This document shows, piece after piece, positions 15,149 to 29,166 of a stretch of DNA of 64,000 bases (position 1 is its first letter; every line of letters starts with the position of its first letter). The stretch lies in NCBI GenBank assembly GCA_951406725.2, contig OX597816.1, positions 59,148,001-59,212,000 on the forward strand, given 5' to 3'. The position numbers were made by a program, and so were the translations under genes. The notes under the pieces are model-generated. The model did no database searches and had not been told where the DNA came from. It worked only from the letters and a program-made list of their open reading frames with translations. The stretch comes from Octopus vulgaris (lineage: Eukaryota).

Positions 15149-16031
15149 ATATAAATGCTGAATAACATATACATTAAATGTCAATGTCTAATATATTTTT
15201 AACAATAATGTATCTATTCATTCTCAATACATTCTGGCAAATTTGAATGTGAATATCACTAAATATTATTTTCATCATTGGAGAACATTGTCTCCTTTTA
15301 AATGTTGTGTGTTTATAGGGTTCAGCTATGTAAAAAAAAAAAAATCCCATGTAGCATCCTTATTCTTATTCATTGACAGTTTTCTGAAGACCAAGAGGAG
15401 TAAAATGCAGTAGTTTCAAAACTACAAGTCTAGAAATAAACATAGCTTTCCTATCTGCATTTGAAATGCAGAGAAATTCATATATCAAAAGTACAAATGT
15501 TACTTAAATTTCAATATAAACCTAGAAACATACACTAATGAAATAGTTGTAACACTGTAATTCATTTTATCCTAAACATTGTGCTACTAGACACAGCTAT
15601 ATGCACAAACCTTCCAAATTTCGCAAATGATAACTCATCATTTCAGAGATGATAAAAGCTATTTTTAATCAAGTGGATCAGAAAAGCAACAGGAAATGCA
15701 CCTACCCAATACACACACAATCTCTCTCTCTCTCTCTCACACGCACACACACAAAATCTAATTCTGTGACAAAATGGAAGTGTAATTACTATATAACAAA
15801 ACTTATCTATCAAAATATTTATATTTCAATTTCATTAATACAAAGCAATTAAAATGCAGCCTTTTGAAATGAATACATTAATTAAATCAAGAAGAAAAAT
15901 AAAATAGTAAATAAAATGTATTTCTAATAGATAAACAAAATCAATTACACAGACTATAGAAAAGACCAGATTAATAAGCTCACTGTAGGCAACAAAAGAT
16001 AAAATGTTAATTGCAAATAAATGTAACCTAC

Positions 16032-16265
16032 CAGAAAATCTCTGAGGTGGTTGGGGTGGCAACTGAGGTTGGGCTTGTAACTGATCCCCACTAAATCTTT
16101 GCTGCTGGTCTCCTGAGTATCTGTTTCCTAAAAGTCTAGATTCATGCTCACTTAAAAGAGATCCAATATGGCCTTCTGGTGGTACAGCAGAGACTGGACG
16201 CTTCGGATCATATATCAGTTGAGTATCACTGAAAAAGGGAACCTGGCGAACACCCTCTGGCTTTT
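16032..16265 (-). CDS. KMT2C: KMT2C/D-like exon, 234 nt
   Basis: atttttcaacag|AA; (E)KPEGVRQVPFFSDTQL...PPQRFS; G|gtaggt. Phase 1 to 1. Confidence 0.82.
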
Positions 16266-17408
16266 CTGTTGAAAAATTTTGGTATGGCAAAATTTTAAAA
16301 CATAATTTGCAAAAAGAAAAAAAAGAGGTGGGAAAAAAATAAATGCATAATAAAAAAGGTAATAAATGAGAAGTACAGTTACTTAAATATTGATCATCTA
16401 TAACTATAAAATTATAGAATAAAATAAGATTTTATTCCACAATGAAAATTAACTAAAACTGTACACAATAGTAACACTTCTCTTCAACTAGTTTCAGTCA
16501 CTAGACTACATTCATGCTAGGGAACTGTTTCAAAGACTTTTAGTCTATTATATCAACTCCAGTAATTTGGTACTTGCTTTAACAGTTTCATAATAAACAA
16601 AAGGCTTGTTATCCTTCACATGCAGGTATAATAAGGTTATCAGAACTATACATTGTTTTGTCCACTCCCTTGATGTGAATGTCAGTGTGCATGAATGAGA
16701 AAGTACAAATATGATGAGAGAAAAACTAAGTGTAAAAAGTATCAAATGCAATGTGCAAGAGATGACAATGATATTCAAACACAGCACTGTCATTGTCAAT
16801 ACACAATATTTGATTCGAGTTCTCTTAGCTACTTTACCTGTTTCATTATGCCGAATGCAAAAAAAGAAGTGTTCAAATTTTTACCACTGACAATATGTGC
16901 TGTCCCAAGATAATGCAGAGCCTTTATTTGCAAGGTGAACTATTTAAAAGAAACTACTCCAACTGTCTATAAGTATCAGTATTCTTAGAAATTTATTAAA
17001 GCTGAGGAGATTTTTATTAAAACAAAAGAAACAAAATGATCAACTTCTGCAAAGTAGCTTTCCGATTTAACAATTACAATTACTCTAAGGGCAGCAAGAG
17101 ACCATAGAACATAAAACATAGTAACAATAAAACTTTTGCTTTAAATCAACAGTAGTGATTTTATTAAATTTGTCTACTGTCCAGCAATCATCAGTATAAT
17201 CTTACCAGTTCAATATTCTATGAGCATTTAAGCAAATATATTGGCAAGATTTCTTTTTTTTTTTTTTTTTTTTTTTTTTGCATTTATTTCTCTAATTTTG
17301 TTATGTTCAAAATCTGAATCATTTACATATAATATACAACACAAATAGATATAATCAATTACATACTGCATAATAGATTAATTAGAACACTTTTGAAATA
17401 AGATTTAC

Positions 17409-17544
17409 CATTTGACTGTTCCCCCTGAAGTGCCTTTTGTTGCTTTATTTGCTTTTGAAGTTGCATACGTTGTCTTTCTTGCTGTTCTCGCTGTTTTTCC
17501 AACTGTTCTCTTTCTAGATAACCTTCACTAAATGGATTATTGTC
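17409..17544 (-). CDS. KMT2C: KMT2C/D-like exon, 136 nt (DNNPFSE motif)
   Basis: tttttatctccag|GAC; DNNPFSEGYLEREQLEKQREQQERQRMQLQKQIKQQKALQGEQSN; G|gtaaat. Phase 0 to 1. Closely resembles KMT2C DNNPFSESFQERERKERLREQQERQRIQL. Not in the ORF track. Confidence 0.9.
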
Positions 17545-18852
17545 CTGGAGATAAAAATCACATTGGTACCTTTATACATGTAAGAGAATCTAAATTACAT
17601 ATTAAATATAAACTAACATGTTGAGTAAACAAAAAGAAAAATTGCATAAAAAGATTTAATTAATATTTTTATTTCTAATTTCAGTAATTATTGAAAATTA
17701 AAAAATAGTAATGAGAACTACTATCAATTATTTCATTGACATGTTTTATGGAAGCTATTCAAAAATAGATTTTCCCATTAACACTTAGTTCATCCCAGAT
17801 TCAATATCACTGCTAATCTATATATATATATATGTATATATATAATTAGATGAGATAATATAACTAATAGAGAAAATTACTGGATAAAATAACAGGATAT
17901 TTTTATAAGTAAAAAATAGTTAACTAATTATAAATATAATTTGAACAAGAAACAAAATCATAGAATATACTGATGAAGTAAAACAAATGAGAGAGAAATG
18001 AAAAAAGGAACAGAAACAGGCCTCAAAACATCACATAGGTTGAAGCTGAAGAAAGATAATGATCTTAGTTGGTTGAAATAGATCTGGATCAGAGAACACG
18101 AAGAAAATATACCCAAGTGAATTTCTGTCGATAAAACTTTAGTATCACAGGAAGCCATAATTAAAAGGAAACCATCTCAACTTAAGATGTTCTATAAAAA
18201 TGAGAAAATGCACTGCATACTAAGTTAATATTTTCTTAGTATTTGGCATAAATCTCATTAGAGGACAATCAAATTGAACAAAATACATCAAGTAGCAAAG
18301 ATTAGTATTGAAGAAAGTAAAGTAAAAGCTGGCTGAAATAGAATATAGTATGAAAGAGAGATGAATAATACCAGATGATACAGCATGAAGAAGTAAATAA
18401 AAAGGCTTTTTAGTTATATATATAGCTTTTAAAGATTTTACACAAAGATGTGACCAACTTAGAAACATTCAACAAAACTTGAAAATTAACTGTAATAATA
18501 AAAACCATGCATTTTTCTATTATGTTAGAAACAACAATCAGTTCTAATCTGCATGTTGTCATCAATCTGCGTCATAAGTAAAGCTGAAAATGACTACTAT
18601 GGTGTGTGATCATTTCTAAGGGGAAGGTACCAAAAATAAACAAGAAACTGAACATATGACTTTACCATATGGAAATTTAATCAACTAAATCACTTGTGTT
18701 AAGAAATACAGATTGCTAGAACAGAGCTTCAAACTTTCTAATTTAGTTTTGATTTTAACATTAATAACCCTGGGAAAAATATTACCTCTTAGCATGCTGC
18801 AAATCAATTTACATTTGCAAAGTTACACAATAATTTCATATATAACACATTA

Positions 18853-18894
<42 letters not shown>

Positions 18895-20509
18895 GCATTG
18901 TAGAGAAGTTAAAAGGTTTGCTTCAAACCCATAAGCGTGATTCCAATGCACCACAACTTAGGCATGAGCCTTCTCTAACAGCAATGCTTTCAACATTTTG
19001 TAGAAGGATAGAGAACATGAAAGCCAGTCTTGTTTGTTTGTATGCGTGCGTACTACATATATACTATATTTGTATATACCTACACACATTAGTACATATA
19101 CATACATGCATATAGCATGTTCATATGCATACAAACACACACACACACATCACTGTACTGTATCTGCTGCATGGACCCACTCACTTTAATAGGTCATGGC
19201 TTAGGGCATCCCATTACTGTCAGGTTTCATTTTGGCTTGGTATATACAGCTGGTTGCACACTTCTTAACACTAACAAAAACCATTTTACAGAGTGTACTG
19301 TGTGCTTTGTATGGGTTAACAGTGCTAAAAATGTGTTATTTACTTTAGAAGCTTTAAGGATCCTCACAATCTCACATTTTACAGACTATACTGAGTGTAT
19401 TCTTCATGACACCAGTACTGGAGGGAGGCAATGTCCTTGTAACAAATAATGGTGCCTCATATTCCCGTGTCTGTTCACTCTTCCATCTCATAACAGACTG
19501 AGAAACATGAATAATAAACACTTATATGATAGAGATGAGAGGGGTGTGAGATAGGGGAATGAGTAACAGGAGTACTGAGTATTCTGAGCTTCAAAGCAAT
19601 ATTTAAGGCAACATAACGGTGATGACAGATGTCTGTGTCCTGGAAGATAAAGAGATGACAGAGGCCCAGGATGTCTGGGAGAAAAGGAATAATAGTATAT
19701 TGTCAGACTGAGTAAAACAGAAGATGGTGAAAGTACAGCGAATTAGGCATGAAGAGTCCAATGTAGCCACTTGTACACAGTCAAAAAGATGTGCTACAGA
19801 GGTTGAGTGATTAAAGTGGTGGACTTACAAATGAAAAGTAGTGAGGAACTGCATCAGAAAGCTGCATTAAGGAGTGTTAGAGAGAATAGTTGCAGTGGCA
19901 TCCTGACTTGAAATCAATACAGAGCAAACAGAAAAGATTCACTAATATCCTCAGTCATATGAAAACATATTGTACAATGAGAATTCAGAAAGCGAGAGAA
20001 TAACTAAGCAATGAAGGCACGGGCAAAATGGACATGTATGTGTGGCAGTGATTACACAGAGAAGGAATAGAGACGTTTTATATAAACACATCTCTATATA
20101 TTATATATAAAGATACATATAGATATCATCATCATTCAAAGTCTGTGTTCCATGCCAGCATGGGTCGCGTGCAAACACATCAGCCAGCCAGGCCAAAGCC
20201 TGCACTAAGTTTTCTATAACTGTTTTGGCAGGATTTTTAAGGCTGGATAACCTCCCTGACACCAACTACTCAGCAGAGTGGACGATATGCATATATATCT
20301 ATATATACATCTGATATACACACATATATAGGTTACATATGTATGATGTGTGTGTGTGTGTAGTAGTGGTGCGCGCACACATTATTAGCCATTTGAAAAG
20401 ACTATGGAATTTGCAATTAACTGCACCAGGGTTTCTCTTCCCCAGGGAACCAGACCTAATGGTATACCTGCGGATATAGGTCCAGCCCCTGCTTTGCTGG
20501 GTCCTGTCT

Positions 20510-20638
20510 CTGATCACGTTCTCCAGGGATACAGGCATCCAGCAACAGGACCTCCGTAATGCCATGATGGATCGTGAAGTCTGGCGTGGCATGGTAAATT
20601 CCATTGTCTCAACCACAGTTGAACAATGATGATGATGA
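20510..20638 (+). mobile_element. 3' fragment of an RTE-type LINE
   Basis: [34 protein letters not shown] followed directly by a (GAT)n tail. Confidence 0.65.
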
Positions 20639-20657
20639 TAATGTGTGTATATATATA

Positions 20658-20695
<38 letters not shown>

Positions 20696-20741
20696 TACAT
20701 ACACACATATATAAATATAATACATATATATATATATGTAA

Positions 20742-20778
<37 letters not shown>

Positions 20779-20781
<3 letters not shown>

Positions 20782-20958
20782 CAGGTGGCACGTAAAAAGC
20801 ACCCACTACACTCGCGGAGTGGTTGGCGTTAGGAAGGGCATCCAGCTGTAGAAACACTGCCAGATCAGACTGGAGCCTGGTGCAGCCCTGGCTTCCCAGA
20901 CCCCGGTCGAACCGTCGAACCCGTGCTAGCATGGAAAACGGACGTTAAACGATGATGA

Positions 20959-20961
<3 letters not shown>
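20779..20961 (+). mobile_element. RTE 3'-UTR-derived repeat
   Basis: ggcacgtaaaaagcacc...ggcgttaggaagggcatccagctgtagaaac...gcatggaaaacggacgttaaacgatgatgat. Near-identical to 28931-29120. Confidence 0.8.
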
Positions 20962-21020
<59 letters not shown>

Positions 21021-21195
21021 TATCTGTAACGTATGTATACAGGCAACATATATATGATGTATATGTTTTGGAATTTTATATGCCCTACTAATATTAATAT
21101 GATATATATATATATATATGATATGTTACGTATACACACACATATATATATGTCATATCTGTAACGTACGTATATAAGCTACATATATATATTTG

Positions 21196-21234
<39 letters not shown>

Positions 21235-21258
21235 AATATTACAAATACATAAGCCACC

Positions 21259-21294
<36 letters not shown>

Positions 21295-21358
21295 TATACA
21301 TCATCATTTAACGTCCACTTACCAATGATGATGATATATACATATATGTAATACATAT

Positions 21359-21415
<57 letters not shown>

Positions 21416-21603
21416 CACACACAAACACACACATCTAAAATATAAATCCCATTCTGTCTATCTGTATAGATTGTATATATACATATATACACACACACAC
21501 ACACATATATATATATACATGTATCTACATATATATACATATATGTACACATGTATAAAGATACACACACACACATATATGTACACACACACACACACAA
21601 ACA

Positions 21604-22808
21604 CAGAGGAATTGGACAAAACAATGCAAACACCCAGCTTCATTGCATCAAAATTTTGAAATATCTATAAAACAGTCAAAACCTTGTTTCTTTTTTTTTT
21701 TTGATTTATTATTAGTGTTGATTAATATGTTTTGCTAAAATTGTTGTTTCTTTTCAGATATCAGAAAATCCTTAAAAAAACAGATCAATCGGACTTTCAA
21801 AGAGGTCAAATTGTTGGTGCTCGTATGGCAGACACTAGCATAACGAAAACAGCCAAAATATTTGGTGTATCAAGAAGTACTGTTTTGAAAGTAATGCCAG
21901 CTTTTGAAACAAAACTCCGGAAGAAAACCAAATCTTTCAGATAGGGACTGTCGGACTCTAACGCAAATTCTTAGAAAGGATCACAAATGTACAGCTCCCA
22001 AAATTACTGCAGGGCTTAATGACTACCTCAAGAACCCAGTTTCCGCAAAAACTGTTCGCTGAGAGCTGAGCAAAACCGTATTTCACAGGCGGGCTGCAAT
22101 CAGAAAACCACTACTTTCAGAAACAAACATCGCAAAGCATTTAGAGTGGAGTAAAAGCCTACAGAATTGACTTTTAGAGCAGTGGAAGAAAGTTATTTTC
22201 TCAGATGAGTCATTCTTTACCTTATTTCCTACCACCGGCCGAGTATTTGACCCAGACTGCCTTCTTCCAACTGTTAAACATGTAGGAGGATCTGTGATGA
22301 TCTGGGGGATCTATGTCTTGGAAATCCGCCAACCCAATGGTTTCCCTTCATGGCAGAATTAATAGTCAAGACTATTTAAGCATCTTATCTAATCAAATTC
22401 ACCCTACGGTTGCAGAACTGTTTCCAGAGGGAAACGCAATCTTTCAGGATGGTAATGCACCAATTCACACAGCTAAAATTGTTACTGAATGGAACGAGGA
22501 ACATTCTAGTGAAGTTGAACATCTTATTTGGCCACCACAGTTCCCAGATTTCAATATTATTGAACACCTATAATTCATTTTAGAAAAACAAGTAGGGAGT
22601 TGATATTGTCCACCATCATTGCTACAAGAACTGCAGACTGTTTTAGCTGAAGAATGGACAAAAATTCCTTTAAGAGACATTTCAACTTTTGTACGAGCCA
22701 ATACCTCATATGATTTGAGGTGTAATTAGTGTCAAAGACAGTCCTACCCCGCATTAAAATAAATTTCTTTCAAATTTCAAGGCGATTTCATTTTTTGTCC
22801 AATCCCTG
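21604..22808 (+). mobile_element. Tc1-like (DD34E) transposon, full length, inactive
   Basis: Imperfect TIRs cagaggaattggacaaaa / ttttgtccaatccctg. Transposase motifs DFQRGQIVG..FGVSRSTV, WKKVIFSDES, FQDGNAPIH and WPPQFPDFNIIEHL, with stops and frameshifts. Confidence 0.9.
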
Positions 22809-24566
22809 CATATATATACACACATACACATATACGTACATATATATATATATATTATCATTTTACATATTGATGTATATTGTTTTGTTCGATTTTAATG
22901 TTCCCATTTGTATAATTAATAAATAATATGAAATTGTAATATCCATAAGCTGATGATTGAAATGAATTTGGTTCTCCATTTTCTTGTTTGTATATATATA
23001 TACACACACACACATTTGAAAGAAATAAGGTAAAGGATGACTCATCTGAGAAAACATATATATATCAGTGTATATACATATATATACCTATATGTATATA
23101 AATATAATCTTAATAATCTTCTTGACTACCCTAAATTTTAACTTTATACAATATGGCAATATTGTTTGAAATGATATTTAGAAGTTACTTGATTTATCCC
23201 TTTATTTAAGTGCTCTACTCTCCTTATCTTAGTATTTATAAAGGCCTTTATATAAGTAGCCCTTCTAATTAAATACCCTAAGAAGCTAAAAATATCATGC
23301 ACAGAGTTACAATAATAACTTCTAAAACCTATAATATAACCCTTAGTTTTAAAAAATTAGAATGTCCCATAACATAAATATTCCCTTAACTAATACCAGG
23401 TATCAGTCTTTATTGACACTAGCTATATAACTAAATACATAATTTTTAGTATATTTTGAAATATTATTCATTTTTTATATATTTTCTCTATTGTGGTTAA
23501 TAAGCTACCTATACTTTTTTTATGTTTTTAGTGATTAAGCTATTTTATTCCTTTTCTATGGTGTTCTGCCCTACCTGATTATTTAATTTCTTCATTATTT
23601 TATAACGGCCTTTATTTACATATTTATAAAATAAATCTAATATTTGTACCTGTATAAATTCATACTTAGCTTATACATGACAATACTGGTATATTCACTA
23701 ATTAAAATAAACTGCTTAGATTATAATTAATTCCTAGTTAGCATGTTGTTTTACCTCAGTACTCCTTTATATACCAATTGATCAATATTCACTGACGCCA
23801 TCTGATTAGTTGGTATTTAAGTTTATAATATGTATAAATATTAAACTATTTCTGGATAATTTTCTTTTCCTTCCTCTATTGTGGTAAAAGTTTGGTATAT
23901 ACTCAAAAGTATTCATAAAACATTTTACCCTTTTGTTATAATTATTCTTCTTAATAATCCTCTGAATAACCCTAAACTTTTAACTTTATACAATATAGCA
24001 GTATTGCTTAAAATATTTAACTATAGTACTGCATGATAAGATTTCCCCTGTTTCATTATCAATAGTCTGCTAGTGGCCAGCTCCCTAAATTGTCAGATAA
24101 CATCTTGATTTAAGTTTTCCTTTACCAAATCCCATGATATTGCTTCAAACAAATCTTGATTTTTATGACAATACCCACTATGATTTCTGTTGACTCTCTC
24201 AGCCCTACCTCTAATAGGCCTGGCCTTAGATATACAAGCACTTGATAAAACTAGTTTATAAAATAAAACTGACCCCATATAAAAGTGACAAGCAAAATCT
24301 GTAAGTGGAAGGAAGGGCAACAATGTTCTTTGTTTATCTCCTTAACTTCTTGGCGTTTTTAGGCAAAATTATACAAATGTGTCCATCTGTTTTAATTTAA
24401 TTAAATTCTATGTCTTTGTGCAGCTGGGGATTGCTGAGCATTTCAATTGATGTAATGGTTGCATTGTTCAATTAAATGCAGTTACATGAAACAGTCATAC
24501 TGCATTACCTCTGGATATCCTTGTTGCATATTTTGATTATATACATACATATATACATACATATAT

Positions 24567-24597
<31 letters not shown>

Positions 24598-24604
24598 CAC
24601 ACAC

Positions 24605-24653
<49 letters not shown>

Positions 24654-24711
24654 CACACACATATATATATACACACACACACACACATATATACACACAC
24701 ACATATATATA

Positions 24712-27215
24712 TCATCATCATCATCATTTAACGCCCGCTATCCATCCTAACTTGGGAGAACGATTTGACTGAGGGCTGGCAAACCAGATGACTGCACCAG
24801 GCTTCAATCTTGATCTGGCAGAGTTTCTACAGCTGGATGCCCTTCCTAACGCCAACAACTCCGAGAGTGTAGTGGGGGCTTTTACGTGCCACCAGCAAGA
24901 GGCCAGTCACTTGAATCTTTTACACATGCCACCGGCAGAGGTGCCAGTAAGGCGATGCTGGTAACGATCACACGCGAATGCTGTCTTCTATGCGTCATCA
25001 GCACAGAGGCCAGACAGCCGCTCTGGCAACGATCATACTCAGATGGTGCTCTTAACACCCTACTAGCACGGGGCTCGAGTGCCAGTAGGCGACCCTGGTA
25101 ACAATCACACTCGAATGGTGCTTTTTATGTGCCACTGGCACAAAATCAGTTAGCCGCTCGGTCAACGAATTTGATTTTGATTTTGGTATTCGTTTCACTT
25201 CGCAAGCAAAGTTTTAGTGTCCAAAGGAGGAAAAGGTATGCATAAGTGAGCTGGTTACGCCTCAGGCATAGGCCAAGAGAATATGGTCTCATTTGGCTTG
25301 CCGGGTCTTCTCAAGCACAGCATATTTCCAAAAGTCTCGGTCACTAGTCATTTCCTTGGTGAGGCCTAAAGTTCGAAGTTTGTGCTTCACAAGTTCATCC
25401 CAGGTCTTCCTGGGTCTACCCCTTCCACAGGTTCCCTCAACCGCTTGGGTGTTGCACTTTTTCACACAGCTATCCACATCCATTCTCACCACATGACCAT
25501 ACCAGCCCAGTCGTCTCTCTTGCACACCACATCTGATGCTTCATAGGTCCAACATTTCTCTCAAGGTACATTACACATCCATCGGATCATAGTGGCTTCA
25601 TTCCTTGTGAGCTTACACATGTCCTCAGCAGTCATGGCCCATGTTTCACTGCCATGTAGCATGGTTGTTCATACATATGCATCATACAGTCTACCTTTTA
25701 CTCTGAGCGAGAGGCCCTTGATCACCAGCAGAGGTAGAAGCTCTCTGAACTTTGCCCAAGCTATTCTTATTCTAGCAGCTACACTTTCAGAGCACCCTTG
25801 CCCGCTACTGACTTGGTCACCTAGGTAACGGAAGCTATCAACTACTTCTAGTTTTCCTCCCTGGAATGTGGCGAAAGTTGTTCTCTGTGCATTTTCAGAG
25901 AGCATCTGCCACATACAAAAACCATCTTCCTAGTTAGCCTTCCTTTGACATTGCTGCACCTCTTATGTGTCCATAGCTTACACTGGGTATATCTTATAGA
26001 GTTTCTACCTATGCCTCTACTACAGATTGAGCAGGGCCATCTACCTGAAGAGATTGTGGGACGCCTGCCTTCCTACATATTAGGACTTTGGTTTTAGCTA
26101 GGTTGACTCTAAGGCCCTTCTAATCCTCGTTTCCACACTTGAAACTTCTCTAGTTCTGATAGTGACTCACAATTAGAGCAAGGTCATCAGTATAGAGAAG
26201 CACCCAGGGGCATCCTGTCTTGAATTCTTCTGTTATTGCCTGGAGGACTATGATAAATAGGAGGGGGCTGAGGACTGAGCCTTGGTGGACCCCTACCTCT
26301 ACCCGGAATTCTTCAGTGTACTCGTTGCCAACCCTCCCCTTACTTACAGCGTCCCTGTACATGGCTTGCACAGCTCTCACTAACCATTCATCTATCCCTA
26401 GTTTCCTCATTGACCACCAGAAAAGGGATTGGGGGACCCTGTCAAAGGCTTTCTCCATGTCAACGAAAGCCAGGTACAGGGGCTTATCTTTGGCTAGGTA
26501 TTTCTCAGGCAGCTGTCTTACCAGGAATATAGCATCAGTGGTGTTTTCCCTGGCATGAAACCAAACTGACTCATCCAAGCTGACTCTCTCCCTAATCAGT
26601 TGGCCTATGACCCTCTCTGTAACCTTCATTACCTGATCCAACAGCTTGATACCTCTGTAATTATTTGTATCTAAAGTGTCACCTTTACCTTTGTAGCAGT
26701 TGACTATTATGCTGCTGCATCAGTCATTGGGTACTCCTTTGTGTATCACCTGGTTAACTATACAGGTGACTAGGCTATAGCCCACACTTTCAGATATTTT
26801 GAGCATCTCTGCAGTAATTCCTAATGAGCCGGGGGCTTTCCCTGTCTTCATGCTTCTAATTGCCTTATCTACCAAGGAACTGTCAACTCAGATAGCTGGT
26901 CCTCTGTTGGGTCGACATTCGGCAGACTCTCATTCTCCCATTCATTTTCTTTATTCAGCAACCTTTCAATCCTCCTTCAGTGCAAATGAACCATCATCCA
27001 TGTGAACATATTTCTCTCCCACCACGTCACGATTCTCTCTCACACACTGTCTTGCAACACGAAATACCTCAAGTCTTTCGTCCTCACAGCGCGGAACATT
27101 GGCAAATTTTTTTTATCTGCTTGCCCGCTGGCTAAATAAACCTGCCTCCTAGCTTCCCTTCTGGCAGTCTGATACACTTCCCTGCTACCACTGTTCTTCC
27201 AGTCCTTCCAAGCTT

Positions 27216-27218
<3 letters not shown>
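24712..27218 (-). mobile_element. 5'-truncated RTE-clade LINE with long 3' UTR
   Basis: RT motifs AFVDMEKAFDRV, GVHQGSVLSPLLF and YTDD, then FRYLG and RRLGWYGHVVRM..GRGRPRKTW. About 570 bp 3' UTR ending in (GAT)n. Multiple frameshifts. Confidence 0.92.
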
Positions 27219-27249
<31 letters not shown>

Positions 27250-27254
<5 letters not shown>

Positions 27255-27540
27255 CATACATTATTTACATTTGACCGGTATGTGCCCTCATCTGATTTGT
27301 TGTTACCACAACATTTTGGCTAATATACTTTTCAGCCTTCATCAGGTACTTGTGGATGTTTTGAACCTCGGTTCTCTTTTCAAGGGTATTTTTTGCTTGT
27401 TATTATTATTGTCATTGATATTATTCAGATACCTCTCCGGAATTGAACTCGGAGATTTGGTGTTAGTAACACTAGATGTTAACCATTATCAGTCAAATGT
27501 TAATGATGTAATAGTGTGCATAATTCCTTATCTGTTAAAT
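27250..27540 (-). mobile_element. Penelope-like pLTR remnant with decayed hammerhead motif
   Basis: Minus strand reads ac-CTGATGA-aggctg-aaaagtatat-tagcc-AAAA-tgtt-gt (27306-27349). Flanked by (TA)n. Confidence 0.5.
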
Positions 27541-27567
27541 GTCGAACTCTCTCTCTCTCTCTCTCTC

Positions 27568-27621
<54 letters not shown>

Positions 27622-27622
27622 G

Positions 27623-27725
<103 letters not shown>

Positions 27726-28120
27726 TTTATGCAGTATTATATGAAGATATGTATATATGAAGATAGATATGTGTATGTATATGTATATAGATGTGTGTGT
27801 GTATATATATATATACATTTAAATATGTGTATGTATGTATGTCTGTGTATATATGTGTGTGCATATATATTTATATGAATGTATATATATATGTGTACAT
27901 ATATGAATGTGTACGTGTGTGTGTGTATATATATATATTTATATACATATGTGTATATGTAAATATATATATATATATATATGAATGTATATGTATGTGT
28001 GTATATGTATATATATATATATATGGGATTGTGTATGTATGTATATATACGTTTATATATAGATACATATATGAATATGTGTATATATATATATGTATGT
28101 ACATATATCTAAATATATGT

Positions 28121-28412
28121 ACACTGCAACATAATTTCTTTTCCTCAACAGGCCCTGCCCTATTTAACATTGTCCCGAAAGAGATCAAAGCGGAAAAAGG
28201 ATCCCATCAACTTTAAAAGGAGTCTGGATAGATTCCTTCAAGGAATACCAGATAAGCCACCCATAATTGGATACAACTCATCCAACAAAAACTCACTACT
28301 TGAATGGACCATAAACAAAACTTCACTTAAACAGGATTCAGATAACCCTATCAGGTGGTGCTATTAAGTTAGACATGGACTGGACCAATCTTAGGTCGAA
28401 ACATATCTAAGT
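28121..28412 (+). mobile_element. 3' fragment of a CR1/L2-like LINE
   Basis: FSSTGPALFNIVPKEIK and FKRSLDRFLQGIPDKP are homologous to GPQLFNILPKNLR..KMKLDLFLSGVPDEP in the LINE at 30527. 3' stem-loop present. Confidence 0.75.
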
Positions 28413-28446
28413 TTATATGTGTATATATATATCTACATATATATGA

Positions 28447-28483
<37 letters not shown>

Positions 28484-28554
28484 TATATATATATATATTT
28501 ATGAATATGCATAGGTGTGTGTGTGTGTGTATAAATATATATATATATATGTGA

Positions 28555-28591
<37 letters not shown>

Positions 28592-28593
<2 letters not shown>

Positions 28594-29123
28594 TGTGACA
28601 GCCCACTTATGAATGTCTTTCCTCCCTTGGACACACAAAGACCTGTTGAGGCAAGCGAAGTCGAAATCGAACCTCATCCGACGACAGGCACCCATCCCAA
28701 CCCCGCTTCTCTGCTTGCGAAGACCTGTTGGGGCAAGTGAAAACGAAATCGGAATTGAACCAATCCTATGACTGGCACCCGGCAGTTGCCAGGACCCCTG
28801 GACTGGTGGTACGTAAAAAGTGCTATCCGAATCGTGGCCGATGCCAGAGTCGCCTCGACTGGCTTCCGTGCCGGTGGCACGTAAAACGCACCAATCCGAT
28901 CGTGGCTGTTGCCAGCCTCGCCTGGCACCTGTGCAGGTGGCACGTAAAAAGCACCCACTACACTCACGGAGTGGTTGGCGTTAAGAAGGGCATCCAGCTG
29001 TAGAAACACTGCCAGATCAGACTGGAGCCTGGTGCAGCCTTCTGGTTTCCCAGATCCCTGGTCAAACCGTCCAATCCATGCTAGCATGGAGAACAGACAT
29101 TAAACGATGATGATGACGACGAT
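28592..29123 (+). mobile_element. RTE 3'-UTR-derived element with internal tandem units
   Basis: Homologous to the 3' UTR of the RTE at 24712-25270. Three ggcacgtaaaaagcacc-anchored units and a (GAT/GAC)n tail. Confidence 0.8.
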
Positions 29124-29166
29124 GTGAATATATATATATATGTGTGTATGAATATGTATATATATA

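Noticed and set aside
28790-28960. Repeat-spacer pattern resembling a CRISPR array
   Set aside because: Eukaryotic intron, degenerate repeats, spacers related to each other, no cas genes; it belongs to a LINE 3' UTR.
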